IMG/VR virus record: IMGVR_UViG_2687453464_000002
Coordinates: 15,088 to 79,087 of that record
DNA from: a virus
Lineage: Duplodnaviria; Caudoviricetes
Reading direction: 5' to 3' (one strand)
DNA: 64,000 bases
Both the position numbers and the translations under genes were made by a program. This document shows positions 41,238 through 50,979 of the stretch, in pieces; within the stretch, counting starts at the first letter, position 1, and the number at the start of each line of letters is the position of its first letter. The notes beneath the pieces are model-generated. The model searched no databases and was not told the origin of the DNA. It saw nothing but the letters and a program-made list of their open reading frames with translations.

Positions 41238-42702
41238 TCGCTTTCGCTCCTGAGTCGTTGGCTGCGTCAGAGTCCAGCACCAGACCGTGATCGCGGTTAA
41301 ATTCAACTTCACGTACACGCTGGCGTTTAATCTCCTGCGGTGACTTGCCGCGCGCGCGTACCCATTCGGCCTCGGTGCCAGCCCCACCGCGCACGATGGT
41401 TTTCCACGATTCAGCCTCTTTCACCGGATCAATCCACGGCATTACCGGCCCCAGATAGAGCGCGTTGTACAGCGAGGACATATCCACATCATCGGGAAGG
41501 CGGATTTTCGACAGACGCAACATATCTACCCAGGCACGGTAAACCGGGCGGCTGTATTGACCGACAAACCAGTTCTGCAGGACGTTGTAGCCCTCGAACC
41601 CTTCCACCAGCTCCTGGCGCTGGCTGGAATAACTGCCGTTATAGTCACGGGAAATACTGGAATAACCGCTGCGCGTACCGCCGGCAACGGCGCGGAGCTG
41701 GCCGTTACGGTATTCAGACAGGTGCACATTGGGCCGGTTTGACTCAACCATCCCCAGATCCTCACCGGGGCGCAGTTCGTCAAAGATCATGCCCGGCGCA
41801 ATGTCAAAGTTACGCGCAGTGCCTGGCTCCGAAAACTCCCCATCTTCGCTTGCCGCACTATCGCCACGCTTGATATAGAAGCTCAGCGCCGCAGCGATAC
41901 GCGCCGCAACACGTTCCGACTCTTCGTAATCCTTGATATCTGCCAGGCGGGTAATCACACCGTGTAGCAGACTGATCCCGCGCAGCTGGTGCAGCCGCTT
42001 GCGCATTGCCAGGTGTAACATGTTTTCGGCCGGCACCCGCTTGGTCGCCGTAGACATACGCAGCGTGCTGGCTGGATGTGCCTTATACACGTTGTAAGCC
42101 AACGGCCGCCCCCAGGCATTAACCTCAATGCCCTGCTGAACATTCCCGCTGCCAAGACTTCCCAGGTTCATCGGCACAAAGTCCGCCTCCAGGCATTCCA
42201 GCGACAGCTGGATGCTTGTGGCATGCTTCAGCCCTGATACCGGCCCTCGCACCAGTTGCGAGAACACTTCGCCGTCACGCAGTGCTGAACGCAGGATCAG
42301 CCGTTCAACCTCGGCGCGCGTAAACATGCCGGTGACTTCTGGCCGGACGGACCATTCAGACCAGTGCTTAGCCAGCAGTTCCGCACATTCCTCATGCAGC
42401 TTGCCATCCTTCCGCAACGGCTGCGGCTCGACCTGAATACCCTGCGCCCCGACGACTCGTTCCTCCAGTTTGTCGAGGATGCCGATCACAATATCGTGGT
42501 TTTCGTCCAGCCAGCGCGCCTGCTCACGCAACGACACACCGGCCGCGAATACTGCCGAATCAGCAGAACGCCCCTCGCGCTTGGCTTTTTGAAGCCGTGA
42601 CACGTTTGCCGCTTCATACGCCCGCAGCTGATAACGATTTTTGGCGCGTGACAAGGCCCACCCTGGCGCCACAACGCCGAGTGTCTTTTCTATAAATCCC
42701 AT
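41191..42702 (-). CDS. portal protein, lambda family
   Basis: LREQARWLDENH, QLRGIS, SYSSQRQELVE, PWIDPVKE. Confidence 0.94.
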   Translation of the reverse strand: MGFIEKTLGVVAPGWALSRAKNRYQLRAYEAANVSRLQKAKREGRSADSAVFAAGVSLREQARWLDENHDIVIGILDKLEERVVGAQGIQVEPQPLRKDGKLHEECAELLAKHWSEWSVRPEVTGMFTRAEVERLILRSALRDGEVFSQLVRGPVSGLKHATSIQLSLECLEADFVPMNLGSLGSGNVQQGIEVNAWGRPLAYNVYKAHPASTLRMSTATKRVPAENMLHLAMRKRLHQLRGISLLHGVITRLADIKDYEESERVAARIAAALSFYIKRGDSAASEDGEFSEPGTARNFDIAPGMIFDELRPGEDLGMVESNRPNVHLSEYRNGQLRAVAGGTRSGYSSISRDYNGSYSSQRQELVEGFEGYNVLQNWFVGQYSRPVYRAWVDMLRLSKIRLPDDVDMSSLYNALYLGPVMPWIDPVKEAESWKTIVRGGAGTEAEWVRARGKSPQEIKRQRVREVEFNRDHGLVLDSDAANDSGAKANETKKSGVDDPESKS

Positions 42703-42709
42703 GGGTTAC

Positions 42710-42925
42710 CTACACGAAGTTAGCGAGCTTATACCCACCGCCACGACAGGACGCCTTGCGCAGCCGGCTTTCCCAATATTCCAGCTCTTCACGCATCGCC
42801 GCCGGATCGTGGTTTGTGATGTTGCGGCCGTTGACGCCGGTAAAAGACACGGATTTACCGTCGAGCGAGTCCATGTAGAACCCCCTGACACGCACCACCA
42901 TGTCCCGGATTTCCTGTTTCGTCAT
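42710..42925 (-). CDS. head-tail adaptor (gpW-like)
   Basis: Small gene between terL and portal; LDGKSVSF, ELEYWE. Confidence 0.75.
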   Translation of the reverse strand: MTKQEIRDMVVRVRGFYMDSLDGKSVSFTGVNGRNITNHDPAAMREELEYWESRLRKASCRGGGYKLANFV

Positions 42926-45039
42926 AACCAGCCTCCTCCCCCCGTACCGCCACCGTTCATCCATCCGCTAGGAGTATGCTGAGGCGCAGCCTGTTTCGGT
43001 TCCGCCTTGGTTTTCTTCTTCGTCAACACGACCTCCCTTGATGAGTTCTCGTTGAAAATATTGGGGTTCGTATCTTGTGATTCAGCCCAGGCTGGCGGCT
43101 CATCCCACTTGATACGCTCGTAACGGCGTAACATCACGACGGCATGCACATAGCAAAACAGGTCAAAGGCTTCGTTATTGCCCTTCCCTGGCTTACGCCA
43201 CTTGCCATCTGATCCACGCTCTTCGTAGGTCAGTTCGTCAAAAAACCATTCCCCCAACCAATTCGGGAAGTGAATATACCCGGCGCCTGGCGCTTCACGA
43301 ATCAGCGCGTTACTGAGCTGGTCTTTCAGCGTGTCGGTCTGCAACAGGTAGACAGGAACGTCACCGCGCGCAGCTGCGCGGCGGTCGCTTCGGTCTGTGT
43401 TGTCCGGGTGGATTTTTGTAATGGTTTTCTGACGCCGGGTGCTGTCCCCTTTGATGAGATACACCCGCTTATGCACGCCATCGCGGCGGCACTGACGCCA
43501 GAATTTATACGCGTTGTCGGTCACGCCATCTTCGCCGCCGCTGTCTACGGCCATGGCGAGGATTGGCATACGCTTGTCCTGATTGCTTTGCAGCCGGTAC
43601 GTTTTATCGAGCACGTCAGTGATCAGCAAGTTCCAGTCCTCCGGGTATGCCCCCGGATGGATCGGCAACGCTTCACCCGTATCGGGATCACACCGCATCG
43701 ACTGCTTGATGTTGTACCGGTCCACCAGCCACCGCTCGCCGTTTTCGCCATAGCCGACAATCTGGACCACAAAGCGGCGATTCTTGCCGCCCTGCACATC
43801 CACCGCCGCGATCAGGAATCTGACCTTTGGCGGTACCAGGCGTTTACCGTAATCCTCCACGCGCGCCAGCAGCTCGTCACTGCGGCGCTGTTCAGAGGCA
43901 GAACGCGGCAAATACGGCCGGCCCCAGTCGGTATTGATAACCGCCTTGAGCGTTTCCTCCGATCCCGTTGTTTCGTAATCCTGCTCAGCGGTCAGCAGCT
44001 TGTAGACGAGCTGTGACCAGGTCTGATATGCCGCCGCCGGCCCCTCCATCCAGAATGACGCAATACGGGAACGGCGCGGCTCGCCTGTCCGGTTGCCTTC
44101 GGCGTCGATCGACTCCCCTTCACGCAACCACACACCAGACTGGTTCAAGGTTCGTTTCATATCTGCCGTTATCGTGCCGCTGCAGTGAGGGCAACACATA
44201 TGCGCAGACTCGCTGGCCTTGACCGGATCGGGAATTTCCCGGTATCCGGTCATCACTTCCATGATCGGCTGGAAATATTCGCCGCAGTGCGGACACTGCC
44301 AATACCATTTGCGGCGATCGCCACGGTTGAACAAGGAAAGGATGCCGGTGGTTGGCGGGGCCTCATGCTCTGAGCGGCGCCGCCATTTTGAATCCAGAAT
44401 ATCTCGACCTGGTGAACTCTCTACCAGCGTCATGCCGGCACTCATAAACGTTGTGGTACGTTTTGACGCCAGCGTGAACCCGTCGCCCTCGCCGTCGATA
44501 TCTTCCTGCATCCGGTCATAATCTGTCAGCGCGGTGCATTTGTAGTCCGACGAGGACATGATATTGACCGATGGCCAGCCAATCTTCAGATAGTTCCCCG
44601 CCAGAAAGGTCCGATCGTGAACGTTGTTATCATTGCGCCGGGGGCTGAAACGCTCTGCCACGTCTGGACTCACGCGGAACGTGCGCGCCAGGCGCTTTTT
44701 GGAATGTTCCCGCGCTTTCTCTTCCGAAATTTGTACGACCAGCATATCGGAGGGATCGCACACGATGTTGTAAACAATCCAGCCATCAATCAGGCCGATC
44801 GTTTTACCCGTACGCGCCGGGCCAACAAACACCACCGCGTCGTATTCACGTGACGCCAGGCAGTTCATCGGCTCAATCACATACGGCGCCACGCTCGGGT
44901 CCCACTTAACAGAGTTGCCCGCTCCCATAGGCACCCGCATAAACTTTTCAACAGCTTCGGCAACCGGCATGCGGCGCGGAGCCTGAATAATACCGGCCAT
45001 ATTCCGCCGGGTTTCTGCGGCTGATGCCTGTGCGACCAT
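42922..45039 (-). CDS. terminase large subunit, GpA family
   Basis: GPARTGKT Walker A, CPHC motifs, AVDVQ, AVDSGG, NEAFDL. Confidence 0.95.
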   Translation of the reverse strand: MVAQASAAETRRNMAGIIQAPRRMPVAEAVEKFMRVPMGAGNSVKWDPSVAPYVIEPMNCLASREYDAVVFVGPARTGKTIGLIDGWIVYNIVCDPSDMLVVQISEEKAREHSKKRLARTFRVSPDVAERFSPRRNDNNVHDRTFLAGNYLKIGWPSVNIMSSSDYKCTALTDYDRMQEDIDGEGDGFTLASKRTTTFMSAGMTLVESSPGRDILDSKWRRRSEHEAPPTTGILSLFNRGDRRKWYWQCPHCGEYFQPIMEVMTGYREIPDPVKASESAHMCCPHCSGTITADMKRTLNQSGVWLREGESIDAEGNRTGEPRRSRIASFWMEGPAAAYQTWSQLVYKLLTAEQDYETTGSEETLKAVINTDWGRPYLPRSASEQRRSDELLARVEDYGKRLVPPKVRFLIAAVDVQGGKNRRFVVQIVGYGENGERWLVDRYNIKQSMRCDPDTGEALPIHPGAYPEDWNLLITDVLDKTYRLQSNQDKRMPILAMAVDSGGEDGVTDNAYKFWRQCRRDGVHKRVYLIKGDSTRRQKTITKIHPDNTDRSDRRAAARGDVPVYLLQTDTLKDQLSNALIREAPGAGYIHFPNWLGEWFFDELTYEERGSDGKWRKPGKGNNEAFDLFCYVHAVVMLRRYERIKWDEPPAWAESQDTNPNIFNENSSREVVLTKKKTKAEPKQAAPQHTPSGWMNGGGTGGGGWL

Positions 45040-45533
45040 TACTCCTCCTCGGGCATTTCCTCCTCAATCTCTGTATCAGCGTTCATAACCTTCAGCGCTA
45101 TCTGATCGCGCAGGTCATCGATAATAGACTGCACACGAGAAACGGCAGACGGCGGCAGCGCGCAATCACGCTCCAAAATATCCGGTAATGTTTCCAGCAC
45201 CTGAACCATCGCCTTTGCCATCGCAGAAAATTCGCGGGCAACGTCTTCTGCAGGGATCAGTTCATTGGTTTCCTGTTCAAACTTGAGCCGCTCGCGTTCC
45301 GACTGGAACCAGGCTTTTCTGTCAGGCGGTAGCATTTTGTCAACATCATCCACCGGCGCAGACTTCACCAGTTCAGCCAGCACATCCGGCAGCGTGTAAA
45401 GCTTCAGCTTGGCATTACTGCCGGGGGCAGGTTCGACGTTTTTCAGGCGTGCCGCGATGGTTTGCCGATGTGATCCCGTAATTGCCGCCAGCTGATTCAG
45501 GTTCAGCCTGACGTTCTCCAATTCTTTACCCAT
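45039..45533 (-). CDS. terminase small subunit (DUF1441-like)
   Basis: LNLNQLA wHTH, RKAWFQSERER, LETLPDILERDCAL. Confidence 0.9.
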   Translation of the reverse strand: MGKELENVRLNLNQLAAITGSHRQTIAARLKNVEPAPGSNAKLKLYTLPDVLAELVKSAPVDDVDKMLPPDRKAWFQSERERLKFEQETNELIPAEDVAREFSAMAKAMVQVLETLPDILERDCALPPSAVSRVQSIIDDLRDQIALKVMNADTEIEEEMPEEE

Positions 45534-45650
45534 GATGATGAACACTTTTTATACGATTCGACATCTTGAAAAAATAATTTCAAGTGAAAACAATTACGTG
45601 AGCACATGATGATGATGTCAATAAAATGCAAAAAACTAGCCGTTTCCCGC

Positions 45651-45692
45651 GTGTCGCCGCCCCCTCGGTGTTCAAAATCGCGAAAGGGACCC
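45651..45692 (-). other. lambda-like cos site (cosN + cosQ)
   Basis: - strand reads GGGTCCC...GGGGCGGCGACACGCGGG, versus lambda cosQ GGGTCCT and cohesive end GGGCGGCGACCT; just upstream of terS. Confidence 0.8.
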
Positions 45693-46245
45693 GCAGCCAG
45701 AATCATTATCGTTTTGCCTACCCCCCATAATCACTACTCACTAGGTCAGCCTGTACTGCACCGTCCCCTAACCGTGGTCGCGCCCTCCCTCTATTGCTCA
45801 AGCGACTACAGCAATGGGGAAGCAGGACAGATTCGGTGACTTTGCTTTGCGCATTACGCAGCGTCCGTGTGGGCGCTCCGTGATGGGCCTCCCAGTGGAC
45901 AAAATATAACGCCAAAGGGCATGATTAAAAAACAAACAATAATGAGCTATTGCTTTTTTAGGGGAGTATAGTGGTCACTCATGCACGACCAAGGCAATGT
46001 TTATGAGCAGATTAAAATCGGCAAATACTCTCACTCACCACATAACCGTGATGATTTGTCCGTACAGCAATCATTTACCTAAAAAAAGCAAGAGTTTACT
46101 CAGCTCACATTGGCTAAGTCTCTGCCCTTTATGTATTAATTTACTTCCCAAGCGAGATAAACAAAATCGCCGACGACCATCATCCTGATTAGGATAGTTA
46201 TTGGTAATTTCATTCTAAAAAATCCAACATATACTTGGTGAAAAT

Positions 46246-46407
46246 ATGTCTATCTTTAACGCCCTAAATATATTCAGTGATTCATCTATAAAAGTTACAT
46301 GTCCAAAGTGTTCTTATGTTACTGAGCAAAGCTCGAAAAGGCTCAGCAAGAACATAACGGTAATTTGCCCAAAGTGTGGGCATTATTTCTTACCAGGAGA
46401 AAGGTAA
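46246..46407 (+). CDS. small zinc-binding protein, YnfU-like (53 aa, not in ORF track)
   Basis: VTCPKCS...VICPKCGHYF, two CxxC pairs. Confidence 0.7.
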   Translation: MSIFNALNIFSDSSIKVTCPKCSYVTEQSSKRLSKNITVICPKCGHYFLPGER

Positions 46408-46487
46408 TGGATGTTTTATTTTTTCCTAGGTTACTTTATAAGCCTTACCGCTTAGCACTTACAGCAGCAAACTCTGGAGCCTACAAA

Positions 46488-46643
46488 ATGTCAGACAATG
46501 AGTTAAGGAATTTTTTGTTCACACAGACATGCGTAATTCTCTCTGGTGTTCTTGCGGCCAGAGAAGGACAACCCATGATCATTCAACAGCGTTTTAGTAA
46601 AGTTTATAAGTTGTTGGAGGAAGAATATGAAAAGCTAAACTGA
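46488..46643 (+). CDS. hypothetical protein, 51 aa
   Basis: RBS GGAG, ATG 46488, MSDNELRNFLF... Confidence 0.5.
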   Translation: MSDNELRNFLFTQTCVILSGVLAAREGQPMIIQQRFSKVYKLLEEEYEKLN

Positions 46644-46697
46644 ATATTTCTTTCCATAAGTGCTATTGCATCACTTGCACCTTACGGAGGGGCTTTT

Positions 46698-46961
46698 TTA
46701 TCTATCTAAGCGACTACGCCATTTATCCAGCGTAGCCACCTGGCCAGCACAGATTGATAATGCTGTTTGTAGTGCCAGCGCGTGGCCACCTATGTCTCCC
46801 CAAGCATCGCCCTGTAGCATTGGCTGTTCGCAGGGTTTGAACACCGACTCAGGGGGCAGCAGCACGATCGGTGGCGGTGGAGGTGTCCGTTCCGCGCAGG
46901 AGGCCAATGACAGAGCCAGGAGCATCGCGCTTAGCGCAATCATCGTTTTTAATCGATTCAC
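46698..46961 (-). CDS. o-spanin Rz1 lipoprotein
   Basis: Lipobox LASC, proline-rich, overlaps Rz. Confidence 0.85.
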   Translation of the reverse strand: MNRLKTMIALSAMLLALSLASCAERTPPPPPIVLLPPESVFKPCEQPMLQGDAWGDIGGHALALQTALSICAGQVATLDKWRSRLDR

Positions 46962-47223
46962 GATATTTCCTTTGATAATCTTGGCCTTGTTGGCGCAGCT
47001 GCTGCTCTCTCTGTTGCTGCTTTGCCATCAATGCACGATTACGGGCGTCATCCGCGCGCATTGTTGCGAGCAGTTCGGCCTGCTGCGCCAGCATTTTTTT
47101 CTGCTGCTCGGCCTGCTGCTGCACCTGCAGGTAATTATCCCGGTAGTAACTGGCTACGCGGCCAGCCACTACCACGGCCACCAGCAGCAATCCTATCGCC
47201 ATCGTTCGCCAACTGATGTTCAT
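46849..47223 (-). CDS. i-spanin Rz
   Basis: N-terminal TM, coiled coil, DDCA. Confidence 0.85.
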   Translation of the reverse strand: MNISWRTMAIGLLLVAVVVAGRVASYYRDNYLQVQQQAEQQKKMLAQQAELLATMRADDARNRALMAKQQQREQQLRQQGQDYQRKYRESIKNDDCAKRDAPGSVIGLLRGTDTSTATDRAAAP

Positions 47224-47714
47224 CGTAGTCCCCAGATGCAAACGGTGTTTTCCACCTCGCGGCGGGTGACAAGCCCTTTCCACACTTTGCCGCCGGCGTA
47301 CTTCCAGCGTTTCAGTTCACCGCACGCGCCGGCGTGATCGCCTGCATTCAGCTTTCTCAGCATCGTCGAACGAATAAACGCATTCGGGCCGACGTTGTAG
47401 GAGAACGAGTAAATCGCGGCGCGCTGGGTTTCCGTGGTTTTAACCTTGATAGCGGGATCGACAATGTGGGCGACTTTTTGCAGATCGGCTTTTAGGAGCG
47501 CATCACATTCTGCATCGCTGTAGCGTTTGCCGGGAATAATATCGGCACCGGTATGCCCATCGCAGACCGTCAGAACGCCGACGACGTCGCGATAGGCTAC
47601 ATACCGCCGCCCCTCTAATCCATCATGACCGCCGAGCATCGCAGTAGCGATAACGACAGCACCACCACCGCCAGTAATGGCCGCGATAATTCTATTTCTG
47701 AGTTGTGCTGTCAT
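47220..47714 (-). CDS. SAR endolysin (GH24 lysozyme)
   Basis: N-terminal weakly hydrophobic SAR; EGRRYVAYRDVVGVLTVCDGHTG triad. Confidence 0.94.
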   Translation of the reverse strand: MTAQLRNRIIAAITGGGGAVVIATAMLGGHDGLEGRRYVAYRDVVGVLTVCDGHTGADIIPGKRYSDAECDALLKADLQKVAHIVDPAIKVKTTETQRAAIYSFSYNVGPNAFIRSTMLRKLNAGDHAGACGELKRWKYAGGKVWKGLVTRREVENTVCIWGLR

Positions 47715-47719
47715 GGCTA

Positions 47720-47947
47720 TTACTCGCTCATTGCTCTGTATGCAGCTTTCGCCCGTTCTTTGTCATAACCGACGGCAGTCAGCTTGTTGACCAGCTTGCG
47801 CTTGTAGTACCAGTTCACCCCGGCTGTGAAGATTGCAACAATAATCCCCACCAGCACGGCCCAATCCTGTAATGTCATGGCCCCGGCTGCCGTCAAGATC
47901 GATGCTATCCAGTAGGAAAGCTGGGAGCTGTATTTATCCATCCTCAT
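47720..47947 (-). CDS. class II pinholin-like holin with dual start (MRM)
   Basis: GGAGGT RBS, M-R-M, two TMs, VNWYYK. Confidence 0.88.
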   Translation of the reverse strand: MRMDKYSSQLSYWIASILTAAGAMTLQDWAVLVGIIVAIFTAGVNWYYKRKLVNKLTAVGYDKERAKAAYRAMSE

Positions 47948-48734
47948 ACCTCCCCCTTGCCGGGGCTTGTCCCGGTCTACGGGTGATAGAAACGAAAAAG
48001 GCCGCGCGTTAGCGCAGCCCTGAAATAGAAAAGCCCCGGCAGATGCCAGGGCTAAGAAAAAGGGTTGTGGTGGCCGGTGCTGATCTTCGGCTTGTCTCAA
48101 AGGACTGCAATTCACCACAACGGGAAAAGCACTTTCAAACCGACTCTTTCAATGCGTTTACCGTTATGTTGAAGCAGAAGTACATAGTTATATCGAGAGG
48201 CACACTCATTCAATCCTGGGGGGATCTGATAACGAATATCAAAATGAATGTGCCTTTCTGATAAAACCCAAGTCACCGAAACGCTCGCACCAACGCACTT
48301 TTATCATCCAAAAAAAGAAACTCATCTTATTGAAAAGCTCGTGTATTTCACTAAAACAGAATATTCTTTCTTTTTAGTGTGGTTGACTTGTTCATCCTAA
48401 CCCATTCCTATAGTGTCGTCAATTGACGACATTAACAGCCTCGAACGTCAAACAGAACGGATTCTCATGCAATCATTTACCCCGCTTAATGCGGGGATTT
48501 TTTTGCATATTGTGCAATCAAACGCTGCGATTTTTCTTAAACCCATTCCTTCTCCCACAGGTCACCTTGCCCTTAACTCGGAATAATCCTAAGTTAAAAG
48601 TGTCTTCAGTGAAGACGATCCCGTTGCTACTCATGTACAAAACACCACCTTGTAGCAGGAGTGCTAATTAATCACAAAGAAAAAAATTAGCCAGATAATT
48701 AATTGCCCACTAATCATAAGACGCTTTGGGAGAG

Positions 48735-48956
48735 ATGATGAATCTGGATGACCTTACTGATGAACAAAGACAGCAGCTTGATAGCATTAAGAGCATTGTT
48801 GGCCATTGTGTTGTTATGTTGCTTGCTCAAAGAAAGACTATTAACACAGCAAACCTGTTATCACAGATAGCTGGGGAAATGGAAAAAATTCCAGAACGTT
48901 CAGAATTTAACAAGTATAGAGCTACGTTAGAGTTTGTAGGAACTGTTTCGCAATAA
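48735..48956 (+). CDS. YmgB/AriR-like small regulator
   Basis: IVGHCVVMLL...INTANLL...YRATLEFV resembles the YmgB three-helix pattern (from memory). Confidence 0.55.
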   Translation: MMNLDDLTDEQRQQLDSIKSIVGHCVVMLLAQRKTINTANLLSQIAGEMEKIPERSEFNKYRATLEFVGTVSQ

Positions 48957-48972
48957 CACCGGGGAGCCCATC

Positions 48973-49071
48973 ATGAAAAATGAACTGGTCATAAGTGTCG
49001 CAATAGGTGCAGCTCTGCTGTTTGCTCTTCTTGTTGGATCACCACTCTCAATCATTACCACACTACCGTAA
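48973..49071 (+). CDS. 32-aa hydrophobic peptide (not in ORF track)
   Basis: RBS GGGGAG; MKNELVISVAIGAALLFALLVGSPLSIITTLP. Confidence 0.55.
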   Translation: MKNELVISVAIGAALLFALLVGSPLSIITTLP

Positions 49072-49379
49072 CGGACTGTATGGATGACCGATGCTGCAAC
49101 ATCAGAGCGCGCTACTTGTGAGTTGCGCTGTCTAGCATTCGTGTCATCCACCTTTTACTCCCCCATACATACTGTTTGCGTACACATTAATTTGCATGGT
49201 TGACACATATTCGTCTAACTTACATTTACAAATGTTGCAATAATGTTTTCCATGTGTAACATTTTGTTTGATGTGGCAGAATAGCTACACACAGCATAGC
49301 AACACCGCGGATTAGGCCGGGAATTCTCGGCCCTTTTCCTTCAAGGTAAACCCCGCGCGATGCAAGGTTATAAACATGC

Positions 49380-49440
49380 TAAGCTACGTAACTCGTAACT
49401 ACTCTTATCACGTTACAACACTTTTTGCGTACGCGTTACC
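49380..49440 (-). promoter_or_regulatory. probable late promoter pR'/qut region
   Basis: TAACGCGTACGCAAAAA element downstream of Q, as commonly seen with this Q type (recalled, not verified). Confidence 0.45.
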
Positions 49441-49483
49441 TCTTTGTGATATAAATTAATAAAAACCCAAAACAGGTGTGTAT

Positions 49484-50089
49484 ATGGCAGATTTTAAGTC
49501 CCATCTTAAGAGGCAATTATCTTTTATTAAACGCTCTTGTGATTCGTTTGATAAGGGTTATACTGATGAGGCCATAAGAATCGCTGTTGTTATTAGAGTA
49601 TTACTACATCAAACAAAACATTCAACATCCCTGCTAACTCATATGCAAGCAGAAGATATAAAACTACTCAGTTCCGATGGGACAGATCACCCAGGGGCAA
49701 TAATGTATCAGGGGTTAGTCTCTACGACTTTTTCGAATGGAGAAATCACACATCAGCCCAACCTAGGGAATTTCCCTCATAGCCATAAGTTTTTAACTGT
49801 TAGCGAGTGGATGAACCAAACTGTCATCGTATTAGATAGTAAAAAAATAACGAGAAAAAAACTAATCTTAAGTGCAGCAAATCAAGATGGTGGGGCACAT
49901 GTTGACAGTAAAATTGACCATATTTACAATCAATTAAGTCAGGATGGCGCTTATTTTAAAAAAGTATATTTAAGAAATGGCGTTTACTTATTATCAGCCG
50001 TTCAACCAGGTGAAGTGCATTTTATGAGCCTCCGCCAATTAGGCTATGAGATTTTAAACAGCCAAGAAATAATAGCGTTAACAAAATGA
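49484..50089 (+). CDS. AT-rich moron protein, HEPN-like candidate
   Basis: Low GC, opposite strand to Q; RKKLILSAANQDGGAHVD motif. Confidence 0.6.
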   Translation: MADFKSHLKRQLSFIKRSCDSFDKGYTDEAIRIAVVIRVLLHQTKHSTSLLTHMQAEDIKLLSSDGTDHPGAIMYQGLVSTTFSNGEITHQPNLGNFPHSHKFLTVSEWMNQTVIVLDSKKITRKKLILSAANQDGGAHVDSKIDHIYNQLSQDGAYFKKVYLRNGVYLLSAVQPGEVHFMSLRQLGYEILNSQEIIALTK

Positions 50090-50129
50090 AAGAAAAAGCC
50101 TGCAATATAGCAGGCTTCTTTATGTATGA

Positions 50130-50486
50130 TTATAAAATTTTCATATCCAACATAGCCAAGCACCCGCCAACAAACCCCTCGGCAGTCTGCATCTCCTTCC
50201 GCACCGTGCCATCGGAGCACTTACGCCGCTTGGCTATCTTGCGTAGCGAAATGCCATAAACATGGTGTGCAATCACCAAATCGTACTCTTCGGGCTTATA
50301 CTTTTTCAGCCTGGCCACGCAGCCATCTATTAGCAGCCCGTCATCATCGTTACAGGACTCTTTCCCCGAACTTGCCGGCGGCAGCAGCCCTTTGAAACCG
50401 GCGGCGATCGGTGAGTAGTCGATACCACTGCTTTCCCGTGCCCATACGCCCCAACGAGACAACACCTCATACATATCGAGCATCAT
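50130..50486 (-). CDS. Q: late antiterminator Q
   Basis: VLSRWGVWA, IAAGFKGLLP, CNDDDG, AEGFVGGCL. Confidence 0.92.
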   Translation of the reverse strand: MMLDMYEVLSRWGVWARESSGIDYSPIAAGFKGLLPPASSGKESCNDDDGLLIDGCVARLKKYKPEEYDLVIAHHVYGISLRKIAKRRKCSDGTVRKEMQTAEGFVGGCLAMLDMKIL

Positions 50487-50770
50487 AATTTCCCCTCACC
50501 TCTCAAGATTGCTTGCGTGCGGAATACCCCCTCGGCGTGCATCAGCCGTAGGTCATCGCGCGTGTATTCTGTTTTCGTTCTGCCGTCGACTGCATCGTGG
50601 CATGCGTTGCAGCCCCAGGCGCCCTGCGCATCGTCTGGCTTGATTGCCGTGCCGCTGGTGCCGGTCATGCGATAGTGCGCCAGCACGGTCGTTTCTGGGT
50701 TGAAATTGCAAACGCCCGGGATACGGATCTGACAATCCCGGCCGCGGGCCTCTTTGCGTAAATTAGCCAT
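50483..50770 (-). CDS. DUF1364 (YbcO-like) nuclease-domain protein
   Basis: LRKEARGRDCQIRIPGVCN, CNACHDAVDGR. Confidence 0.9.
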   Translation of the reverse strand: MANLRKEARGRDCQIRIPGVCNFNPETTVLAHYRMTGTSGTAIKPDDAQGAWGCNACHDAVDGRTKTEYTRDDLRLMHAEGVFRTQAILRGEGKL

Positions 50771-50772
50771 GA

Positions 50773-50979
50773 TCACCCCCACATCCGGTTGCGCCAGCGC
50801 CGGGCTGGACGTGGTGGTTTTTTGCTTTCTGGCAGATATGCGCTGACCGTCCAGCTGATTAAATCGTGGTTTAAGCTGCGCTCAACCTTCACGCCGCGCT
50901 GGCGATACCGATCGACCAGTTCGTCAGCCTGTGCGGTCGAGCATTCGTGGTGATGAAACCAAGTTTTGCGCATAGCCAT
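50773..50979 (-). CDS. conserved phage hypothetical protein
   Basis: KTWFHH..CSTAQADELV..Y; coupled to neighbours. Confidence 0.7.
   Translation of the reverse strand: MAMRKTWFHHHECSTAQADELVDRYRQRGVKVERSLNHDLISWTVSAYLPESKKPPRPARRWRNRMWG

Noticed and set aside
41238-41387. Extended start of the protease-capsid gene
   Set aside because: Overlaps portal; the RBS (CAGGAG) supports ATG 41237
45699-45714. Fur-box-like sequence beside cos
   Set aside because: Only a partial match and no adjacent regulated gene evident
48000-49400. tRNA genes in the late leader, as in some lambdoid phages
   Set aside because: No T-loop GTTCGA/cloverleaf found by eye
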